From: Chitinophagaceae bacterium
Lineage (GTDB): Bacteria > Bacteroidota > Bacteroidia > Chitinophagales > Chitinophagaceae
NCBI GenBank assembly: GCA_947452875.1
Contig: CANGEZ010000001.1
Coordinates: 1 to 42,775, forward strand
Reading direction: 5' to 3'
Length of the DNA stretch: 42,775 bases
In this document: positions 9,396 through 18,200 of the stretch, piece after piece
Layout of the letters: each line of letters begins with the position of its first letter
Position numbering within the stretch: position 1 is the stretch's first letter
Position numbers and translations under genes: made by a program
The notes under the pieces: generated by a model
Told to the model about the DNA's origin: nothing
What the model saw: the letters and a program-made list of their open reading frames with translations, nothing else
Databases searched by the model: none

Positions 9396-10430
9396 ATGCG
9401 TAAGATTTCTCTATTTACACTTGCAGTGATATTACTTGCTGCCTGTCAACAAAATTTCAAAAAAGGCGACAAAGGTCTTGAATACAAAATCATCTCAACT
9501 AGCAATGGTCCAAAAATAAAAGTTGGACAATTTATGCAATTACAAATTGCCCAATACATTAATAATGGCAAATCTGATTCATTATTAAATGACAGCAGAA
9601 CCAATGGTGCTCCAATCATTGAACCATTTGATTCAACTTCAGTACCCCCAGAATATTTTAAAATACTTTCTCAAGTAAAGAAAAATGATAGTTTGGTGAT
9701 CAGACTTATTGTAGACAGTATGTTTGCACAAAACCCAGCATCAATGCCTCCTTTCATCAAAAAAGGATATCATTTTATCACAACCGTTAAAGTTGTAAAT
9801 ATTTTTAATACACGTGATCAAGCAGATAGTGCTAATGTTGCTGAAATGAAAATCAAACAAGTAAAAGATTCTATTGAAAGTATTAAAATACTTGCAGAGG
9901 ATGATAAAAAATTGCAAGATTTATTCAAGAAGAATAATATCAAATCTTCAAAAACGCCACTTGGTGTTTATGTAGAAATGTTACAACCAGGTACAGGTGC
10001 TACAATTGATACTTCTGTAGTCGTAAAAGTAAATTACACGGGTCGTACTTTAGATGGCAAAATGTTTGATAGCAATACTGATTCTTCAAAAGGACATGTA
10101 GAACCATTAAATGTAAATATGACAAACGATATGTCTTTAGGCACTTCTGTTATCAAAGGTTGGACAGATGGTTTGAAAACACTTAACAAAGGAGCAAAAG
10201 CTAAATTCTACATCCCTTCTCCATTGGCTTATGGCAAACAAAAAGTGGGAGAAGACATCTCAGCGAACTCAATTCTTGTTTTTGATATTGAAGTTATGGA
10301 TGTATTAAACAAAGATCAAGCTAGAGCTGAGGCTGAAGCCAAAAAAATGGAAAGAAAATTAAAACAACTGCGTTATATGGATAGCATTAAAAAAGCAATG
10401 CCTGATACGAGCAAGAGTAAGACAAAATAA
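9396..10430 (+). CDS. FKBP-type peptidyl-prolyl isomerase lipoprotein (degenerate N-terminal plus canonical C-terminal FKBP domain)
   Basis: Lipobox LAAC; VNYTGRTLDGKMFDS, VIKGWTDGL, IPSPLAYG, NSILVFDIEV. Confidence 0.9.
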   Translation: MRKISLFTLAVILLAACQQNFKKGDKGLEYKIISTSNGPKIKVGQFMQLQIAQYINNGKSDSLLNDSRTNGAPIIEPFDSTSVPPEYFKILSQVKKNDSLVIRLIVDSMFAQNPASMPPFIKKGYHFITTVKVVNIFNTRDQADSANVAEMKIKQVKDSIESIKILAEDDKKLQDLFKKNNIKSSKTPLGVYVEMLQPGTGATIDTSVVVKVNYTGRTLDGKMFDSNTDSSKGHVEPLNVNMTNDMSLGTSVIKGWTDGLKTLNKGAKAKFYIPSPLAYGKQKVGEDISANSILVFDIEVMDVLNKDQARAEAEAKKMERKLKQLRYMDSIKKAMPDTSKSKTK

Positions 10431-10450
10431 AAAGTAAAAATTCAAAAATA

Positions 10451-10482
10451 AAAAATGCCGTTCTTTAAAGAGCGGCATTTTT
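10451..10482. terminator. Bidirectional terminator overlapping the folP 3' end
   Basis: AAAAATGCCGTTCT-TTAA-AGAGCGGCATTTTT between convergent genes. Confidence 0.8.
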
Positions 10483-11301
10483 ATATGCATTAAAAATGGT
10501 GATGGTTTCAACTGCTTCTTTTACATCATGAACGCGAAGAATCTTAGCTCCGTTCATCAAAGCCATTGTATTGGCAACTGTAGTTCCGTTTAGGGCTTCG
10601 CTTGGAGAAACACCCAATGTTTTGTAAATCATCCCTTTTCTTGAAACACCTACCAATATTGGACAATCCAGCATATTGAGTGAAGCCAAATCCTTTAAAA
10701 TTTGATAATTGTGCTCATTGGTTTTTCCAAATCCAAATCCAGGATCTAAAATGATATCTTTAATTCCTGCTTGAATGCAATCTTGTTTTTTTGAAATAAA
10801 ATATTCAATTACTTCTTTCACAACATGGTTATAATTGGGATTTTGTTGCATGGTTTCCGGTGTTCCTTGCATGTGCATAGCTACATAAGGAACATTCAAA
10901 TGACCAACAGTTGATATCATATTATTGTCAAGTTCACCGGCACTGATATCATTTACCATAGACACACCAGATTGAACCGAGATACCCGCTACTTCGCTGT
11001 AGTAAGTATCAATGGATAAAATCACGTCGGGGAAATGCTGGTGTAAAGTTTCAATTACGGGGACTACTCTTTTAATTTCATCTTCAGCAGAAATCCTGAT
11101 GCTACCTGGGCGAGTACTTTGACCTCCAATGTCTAATATCTTTGCTCCCTGAGTAATCATGTTTCTTGCCAGACCAAGAATATCTTCATGAGTATAATCA
11201 AGATATCCTTTGAAGAATGAATCAGGAGTAATATTTAAAATCCCCATAACAATAGGAGAAGAAAGATCCATTATTTTTCCTTTGAAGTTGATAGTGCACA
11301 T
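10465..11301 (-). CDS. folP: Dihydropteroate synthase
   Basis: VMGILNITPDSF, DIGGQSTRPG, SIDT, NDISAG, DPGFGFGK, GVSRK, RVHDV. Confidence 0.97.
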   Translation of the reverse strand: MCTINFKGKIMDLSSPIVMGILNITPDSFFKGYLDYTHEDILGLARNMITQGAKILDIGGQSTRPGSIRISAEDEIKRVVPVIETLHQHFPDVILSIDTYYSEVAGISVQSGVSMVNDISAGELDNNMISTVGHLNVPYVAMHMQGTPETMQQNPNYNHVVKEVIEYFISKKQDCIQAGIKDIILDPGFGFGKTNEHNYQILKDLASLNMLDCPILVGVSRKGMIYKTLGVSPSEALNGTTVANTMALMNGAKILRVHDVKEAVETITIFNAYKNAAL

Positions 11302-11315
11302 TGCCCGACTAATTG

Positions 11316-11323
11316 TATTTTTG
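11316..11323 (+). promoter_or_regulatory. -7 promoter element for the DUF1599-DoxX-permease operon
   Basis: TATTTTTG followed by CG. Confidence 0.55.
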
Positions 11324-11392
11324 CGAATAATAAGTAAGATACAAATATCAGTTTGTTTACTTGTTCATTAAACAATAAAATAATTTTATTAA

Positions 11393-11944
11393 ATGACCGA
11401 TACGAATTTACAATATGATCATGCTATTGCCCAATGCAAAAACACGTTTATAAAAAAGACGGCAGATTATGGCACATCATGGCGCGTGTACAGAACCATT
11501 TCTATTGCAGACCAGATCTATATCAAAGCAAAAAGAGTAAAAACCATTCAAGACAAACAAGAACAAAAAATAGGGGATGGGATTAAAAGTGAATTCGAAG
11601 GCATGTTGAATTATGCGGTTATCGGATTGATTCAACTCGAATTAAAAAATGATGATGTAGAGCAACTAGGCGTTGAAGCTGTATCTAAATTATACGATGA
11701 TATTATTAATAAAGCCAAGCATCTCATGACCAACAAAAACCATGATTATGGAGAAGCCTGGAGAGAAATGAGTCAGGAAAGTTTTATTGATTTGACATTA
11801 GCAAAAATCCTTCGCATCAAACAGATCATCTCTAATAATGGAGTTACCATGATAAGTGAAGGTATTGATGCCAATTTTTATGACATATTGAATTACGCCG
11901 CATTTGGTTTAATATTGATAGAGGAAGGCAAACATCTTAAATAA
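11393..11944 (+). CDS. DUF1599 (nucleotide-modification-associated) tandem-domain protein
   Basis: Duplicated motifs KKTADYGTSWR / NKNHDYGEAWR and MLNYA / ILNYA. Confidence 0.85.
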   Translation: MTDTNLQYDHAIAQCKNTFIKKTADYGTSWRVYRTISIADQIYIKAKRVKTIQDKQEQKIGDGIKSEFEGMLNYAVIGLIQLELKNDDVEQLGVEAVSKLYDDIINKAKHLMTNKNHDYGEAWREMSQESFIDLTLAKILRIKQIISNNGVTMISEGIDANFYDILNYAAFGLILIEEGKHLK

Positions 11945-11974
11945 AACGATTTTTATAAATTTTAATTCATCACC

Positions 11975-13075
11975 ATGAAAAAGCATTTACCCTTAATCGT
12001 AAGAATTTTAATTTCAGCACTTTTTTTATTGTCGGCAGTTGCCAAATCTTTTCCAATCTGGGCTTTTGAAAAACAGTTGGTTGATTTGGGAATCGTCAAT
12101 TGGTGTAATGCGCCATATTTAGCACGATTGATCATTGCATTGGAAACAGCTATTGCCATTGCGATTTTACAAAGACATTATATTAAATCGTTTGTGATAC
12201 CAGTTACCATATTGTTACTCATTGCTTTTTGTTCGCACCTGGGTATGCAGATGTATGAGCATGGCGCTATGAATGGCAACTGTGGCTGCTTTGGGCAATT
12301 AATTCCGATGACACCATTGGAAGCTTTTATTAAGAATGTTATAACTATTCTCATGTTGATTTATTTGTACAGAAATGTAACTGATAAAGAAAAAGGGGAG
12401 AATCGTTTTTCAATCATTTTATTGATTTACTTTTTTGCTGCATTTCTACTATTTTTCTTTTTCCCGTTTTGTCCATGTAAAAACACTTCAGAAACTAACA
12501 CCACTTTACCTCCGATTGCTTTTGATTCTACTATTAATGTTATTGATACCATTCACGAAAGCAATTCAGACACTGCCATTAATCCCATAAAAGCAAAAGA
12601 TACTTTAGTAGCAATTAAAGACACTTCAAAAAGAATTTACACAATCACTGTTGAGCCTACTAAAACTATTTCTAAGTTTTCAATGTATACAGACTTTAAT
12701 GGCAAGAAAGTAAATCTGGATGAAGGCAAAAAAATCGTTTGTCTGTTTGTGCCTGGCTGCGACCATTGCCGAGATGCCGCAAAGGAAATGATGAAACTAT
12801 CTAGAACGCATAAATTACCTCCGGCATATGTTTTATTTATGAATGAGGAAACTTTTAAAATTCCAGAGTTTTACAAAGAGACAAAAATTAATTACCCTTT
12901 TCATTTAATAGAAGACATTCCAACATTCTTCAAACTATTAGGTAACAATGGCTCCACACCAGGAGTGTATTATTTGTGGAATGGTAACATTATAAAATCC
13001 TACGAGGGTATCGAAAAAAACAAATTCAATCCCGAAGAAATGAGTAAGGCGATAGAATCCAATCAGATTCAATAA
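11975..13075 (+). CDS. MauE/DoxX-family membrane protein fused to a thioredoxin-like domain
   Basis: FLLSAVAK, NCGCFG, about 5 TM helices, C-terminal CDHC and TP motifs. Confidence 0.8.
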   Translation: MKKHLPLIVRILISALFLLSAVAKSFPIWAFEKQLVDLGIVNWCNAPYLARLIIALETAIAIAILQRHYIKSFVIPVTILLLIAFCSHLGMQMYEHGAMNGNCGCFGQLIPMTPLEAFIKNVITILMLIYLYRNVTDKEKGENRFSIILLIYFFAAFLLFFFFPFCPCKNTSETNTTLPPIAFDSTINVIDTIHESNSDTAINPIKAKDTLVAIKDTSKRIYTITVEPTKTISKFSMYTDFNGKKVNLDEGKKIVCLFVPGCDHCRDAAKEMMKLSRTHKLPPAYVLFMNEETFKIPEFYKETKINYPFHLIEDIPTFFKLLGNNGSTPGVYYLWNGNIIKSYEGIEKNKFNPEEMSKAIESNQIQ

Positions 13076-13098
13076 TAACAATAAACTGCATTTACTGA

Positions 13099-14136
13099 AT
13101 GTCATTCATAAAAAAAATATTGAGTTCATTCTTTGTGATTTTGGGAGTTGTGGTATTGGTATTTATTCTGTTTCAATATTTTGGTGATCCTGCTAAAATG
13201 ATAGCCGGCCAAACAGGGGATAAGAAAACGATGGATAATATCCGTAAAGACTTAAACCTTGACAAACCCAAGTGGAAGCAATTGCTCATTTATGTAAATG
13301 ATATATCTCCAATAGGTGCTTACACTAAAACAACATTAGTACAAAAAAACATCAACGGTTTTTTCATTGGCAATGATGTTAAATTCGGAATTAAAATCCC
13401 ATATTTAGGCAAGAGTTATCAAACCAAGAAAGCAGTCACCACCATGTTGTGGGAAGCATTACCAGGCACCATCATTCTTGCCATTATCGCTATGTTGATT
13501 GCATGTTTATTAGGCATCACCATTGGCATTATTGCTGCTATCTATAAACACACTTGGATAGACAATACCGCAATTATTAGCAGTATTGCAGGTGTTTCTG
13601 CTCCTTCTTTTTTTATGGCAGTTGTCATTGCTTATGTGTTTGGCATTTTATTACATCAATTTACCGGTTTAAATTTTACTGGAAGTCTTTACCGTATTAA
13701 TGAAATAACAGGGGTGGAAGAATTACAATGGAAAAACATCATACTTCCTGCTATCACTTTAGGCATCAGACCTATGGCCATGATTATGCAATTGACAAGA
13801 AGTTCAATGTTGGATGTGATGGGCCAGGATTATATCAGAACAGCATATGCAAAAGGATTATCGAGAAAACAAGTAATATTTAAACATGGATTGAGAAATG
13901 CAATGAATCCAATTGTAACAGCCATTACAGGTTGGTTTGGCGAATTGTTAGCCGGTGCTTTTTTTGTGGAATTTATTTTTGGGTGGCAGGGACTTGGTAA
14001 ACTTACCATTGAGGCGCTAGATAAACTGGATTATCCAGTTGTCATGGGAGCTGTAATCTTGAGTGCTTGTATTTTCATTATTGTGAGTAAATTATCTGAT
14101 TACCTGAATGCGATCATTGACCCCAGAATTCAATAA
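13099..14136 (+). CDS. ABC transporter permease, DppB/OppB-like
   Basis: GDPA, LGKSY, ILPAITL, DYIRTAYAKGL (EAA loop), VEFIFGWQGLG, DPRI. Confidence 0.93.
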   Translation: MSFIKKILSSFFVILGVVVLVFILFQYFGDPAKMIAGQTGDKKTMDNIRKDLNLDKPKWKQLLIYVNDISPIGAYTKTTLVQKNINGFFIGNDVKFGIKIPYLGKSYQTKKAVTTMLWEALPGTIILAIIAMLIACLLGITIGIIAAIYKHTWIDNTAIISSIAGVSAPSFFMAVVIAYVFGILLHQFTGLNFTGSLYRINEITGVEELQWKNIILPAITLGIRPMAMIMQLTRSSMLDVMGQDYIRTAYAKGLSRKQVIFKHGLRNAMNPIVTAITGWFGELLAGAFFVEFIFGWQGLGKLTIEALDKLDYPVVMGAVILSACIFIIVSKLSDYLNAIIDPRIQ

Positions 14137-14139
14137 GTA

Positions 14140-14883
14140 TTATTTAAGTAAATCTGTTTCCTTAATATCCAATCCGAAAATTTCTTTGTCTCGGTTTTTA
14201 TAAAAATATATCCCAAAATTGAAAATGATAAAGGCCGTAAGAAATTCCCAGATTTCGTTGGCTCCGTTGTAATAATTTTGATCAAATCCTTTTGGAACTA
14301 TTTTTAAAACAGATTTACAAACAATCCAACTTACTATAAAAAATAATCCCATAGAAACTGGAGGTACTGGGATTTTTAATTTCTTTACTAATTTTTTAAT
14401 AAAGCTTATGTGATAAGTGATCAATGGCAATAGTATGCCAAAACTTAAAATAAAAACACGGTAAAGAAAATTCATTTCTGTAAGTCTTTCCCAACCCTTT
14501 TTGCCAATATGTTTGCCCTTGTATTTTGTACCATTAAAGGTTGGCAAATTATGAATATTAAATTCGCTCTGAACATTTTCTTCTTTAATTTTTTCAGGAG
14601 GCTCAAAACCTATTATTCTTTGGCCCCAGCTAATTTCTTCTCCCGCGCCGAAGAAAAAAACCAATCCTAGCAAAATCATGAAAATATTCTTTTTAGAAGC
14701 AATAAAAAACAATATTGAGCTTAATAAAAGAAAAAATGCAGTACCGCCTTCATACAAATTATCCTCACTGGTAAGATAAATTACCGTTTTTTCATTAAAT
14801 AAATAAACTGAATAGCTAATAAGAATTATTGAAAAAATAACTATTACAGTCAGTTTGTTTTTTATAAATTCTTTGTAGTACAT
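14140..14883 (-). CDS. Conserved uncharacterised membrane protein (EEISWGQR motif)
   Basis: About 6 TM helices; EDNLYE, GEEISWGQR, NVQSEFNIHN and EIWE motifs. Confidence 0.75.
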   Translation of the reverse strand: MYYKEFIKNKLTVIVIFSIILISYSVYLFNEKTVIYLTSEDNLYEGGTAFFLLLSSILFFIASKKNIFMILLGLVFFFGAGEEISWGQRIIGFEPPEKIKEENVQSEFNIHNLPTFNGTKYKGKHIGKKGWERLTEMNFLYRVFILSFGILLPLITYHISFIKKLVKKLKIPVPPVSMGLFFIVSWIVCKSVLKIVPKGFDQNYYNGANEIWEFLTAFIIFNFGIYFYKNRDKEIFGLDIKETDLLK

Positions 14884-15069
14884 ATTTGTTTAAAAAATTG
14901 AAGGATTTTGTATCATAAACTTAAATTAAATCAACTTATTGTTTCAATTAAAAAATAAATTAGATTTTATGTGTATTAAAATTACAAATTGACTCTTTTT
15001 AATAACTAATACACATAAATTCAATAAATGTTAATAAAATCAATTATTAAAATTTGAATATTTTTTTAA

Positions 15070-15086
15070 TTGGCACAATAATTGGA
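15070..15086 (+). promoter_or_regulatory. Possible sigma54 (-24/-12) promoter
   Basis: TTGGCAC-N5-TTGGA versus consensus TGGCAC-N5-TTGC. Confidence 0.5.
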
Positions 15087-15259
15087 TTATAAAGACAGAT
15101 AAACTAATCATAGTTGCAAGTAATAATTAGCAAACAATAAAAGCAATTTTGATTCGTTTAATCAAGTTAACCAATATCTCTTTTTATTATAGAAAATGTT
15201 ACCACACTGCATTTCTATAATATGAATGAGTTAATCTTATAACCACCAATTGAAAAACC

Positions 15260-18200
15260 ATGCTCAAAGTCAATCTTTCAAAGATTTTACTTTTTGTTTT
15301 GCTGACCATTTTAACTACAACTACAGCTTTCTCCAGAAAGTTTTATTTCAGCAGCTCAACAGGAAACGATTCTTACTCCATTACGCAAGCTCAAAATTCT
15401 TCAACTCCTTGGAAGACTTTGAAAAAGCTTCAAACATTAGTTACCAATGGAAACACAACATTTCTGCCTGGTGATACAATAGCGTTCAAACGCGGAGATG
15501 TATTCGACAATGGACATACTGCTGCGTCTGGATTTGAGTACGTTAGTTGCTCTTGGATTAATTATCCTGCATATGGCTACACTGCGCCAAGTGGTACATC
15601 CCAAAATCCGATTGTTTTTACAAGTTATGGTGACTTAAGTCAACCTAAACCAAATTTTATCTATCCAACTGCAGCCACACCAAGAATTAGTGCATCAAAT
15701 AATGTAATTGAATTTGCTGGGGTTAGTTGGATCGTAATTGATGGTTTACAATTTAATGATTATCGATTTCCTCAAGCAGATAAAGCAAACCCTAGTTATA
15801 CAAGAAGCGCCATCTTGTTTGGAGAATGGACTCCAACAAAATTAGCTGCCAATGGAATTGATACAATATGGGGTGCAAACAGAGATACAAGTAATAGAAA
15901 ATGGATGGTTAAAAATTGCGCTATCAAAAACTGCTATTTTAGTAACGTTTCTTTTGCGATAGGCTCTATTGCAGCGATTAATTGCAGTCTTCAATACAAT
16001 ACCATTGAAAACTTAAAAACTACCGCAGACACCGCAGGATATACGGATATTATGTCTGGTGCATTTGAAGCAATAAATGGATACAATATAAATATCTCAC
16101 ACAATTTTATAAAAGGAGCTTGGGGGAAAAGTGGAAGAGTTAGTGATTGCTGGGGTTTAGGTGGTGTTGCTATAGATATGTTTTGCGTTAAAAATTCTAA
16201 TTTTTCTTACAATACGGTAATTGATTGTTCTGGTTTGTTTGAAATTGGAAATACTGACAGATATGATACATTATCAGGGTCTTGGTATGATACTTTCGCT
16301 TATAATAAAATAATCAATTGCGGACAAATTGGCTACATACATGGAAGCCCTGGAGATGTTTTTAGTGGCAACAACAGAAATGTGAGTTGCTTTAATAATG
16401 TTTATATAAATAATAATTCTTCCAGAATGTCTGGCCCTAATTTTGGATATGACTTATATAATGACGGGCAGTCATTCAGAGGTGATGCAAATGGGAATTA
16501 CAAATGGTGGTTCTTTAGAAGTCCTACTCTGTGTCCGGACAATACACTCCCAATTTCAAATACCACATGGAGTAACCCAATAAATCCCCCTTATTGTAAT
16601 TATTCTGGCCATCGAAGTTCGGTTCAATATTCCTCAGATAATATCAGAGGTAATGCAGACACACTTGTTGATTTAAGAAATAATATCTTTTATAGTACAG
16701 TAGGCGATCAAATTATTTATGATGTTTCAAGAACAAAATTCAAACACAGAAATAATATCTATTACATAAAAGGAAGATTTCTTAATCAAACTGCTCTAGG
16801 TGGAACGATTGGTGTTGGCGAAGTCGTCACTACAAATCAGATTTTTGTAGACACATCAGCGGCTCTACCTGAAAATTGGGATTTGCATCTTTCAACCAAT
16901 AGCCCAGCAATTTCAGCAGGTGTTAGCTTAGGATACAATGTTGATTATGGAGGAACACAAATATCAGGAAACACTGAAATCGGATTATTTGAATACAATT
17001 CAAATGTCACTCCAAATCCTCCTCCTGCAGTAAACCTAGTTGCTTCAGCCACTCAAGGAACAATTGCTTGCAATGGTGGCAATACAACAATTATTGTTTC
17101 TGCTTCTGGTGGCACATCTCCTTATACAGGCACTGGAACTTTCACAGTTAGTGCAGGCTCTTACAATTATTATGTTGCGGATGCAGCAGGTCATCGTGAT
17201 ACGGTATCTGTAATTGTGAATCAACCTTCAATTATATCTGTAACTGTTGCTTCTGGAACGATAACAACTATAGGAGGAACTACTTCAATACAAATAAACG
17301 CAACTGGAGGCACTGGCACTTCATATCAATATAGTTTAAATGGTGGTACTTATCAATCTTCAAACATATTTACTGGTGTACCAGCCGGCAACCATATTGT
17401 AAATGTAAAAGACATTAATGGTTGTGTTGTACAAAAAAGCTTAACGATTGCAGAGCCATTAGTCACAACTTTAATTGCTTCTTCAACTTCTGGAACAATA
17501 TTATGTAATGGAGGTACCACTATAGTAACTGTTTCTGCCTCAGGCGGAGTAACGCCTTACACCGGCATAGGAAGCTTCACGGTAACTGCTGGCTCAAGAA
17601 CATATACAGTTACAGATGCCGCAGGAACATCTGCAACAACAACTGTAAATATCTCCCAACCTTCTTTGATAAATGTTACAGCAAACGCAGGAACAATTAC
17701 AGTTTTCGGAGGTAGCACCACAATAACAGTGATTGCAAATGGTGGCACCGGAACGCTAAATTATAAGCTTGATAACGGAGCTTTTCAAACTTCAAATATT
17801 TTCAATAATGTTTTAGCTGGTACACATACTATTACTGTGAAAGACGCAAACAGCTGTACAAAAACATCTATCGTAACCATTACTCAGCCAGCTTCTATTC
17901 CTTTAAATGCAACAGCAATTGCAGGAAGTATATTATGTAATGGAAGTTCAACCTCAGTAACAGTTGCTGCTACAGGAGGAACGGCTCCATATACAGGAAC
18001 TGGAACATTCAGTGTATCTGCTGGGACATATGCATATACTGTAACTGATGCAAATGGGAATACAAGTATTGCTAATATCACCGTTACAGAACCTCAGATA
18101 ATAAATGTAAATCCAGTTTCAGGAAATATCATTTCAAATGGAGGAACAACTTCTATAACTGTAAATGCTACTGGAGGTGTTAGTCCATTTACTTACAAAT

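Noticed and set aside
15698-15790. Possible gene-conversion tract with 20409-20501 (also a 27-bp identity at 17144 and 21843)
   Set aside because: 7 synonymous differences remain in 93 bp; protein constraint plus AT-biased codon usage can explain the similarity
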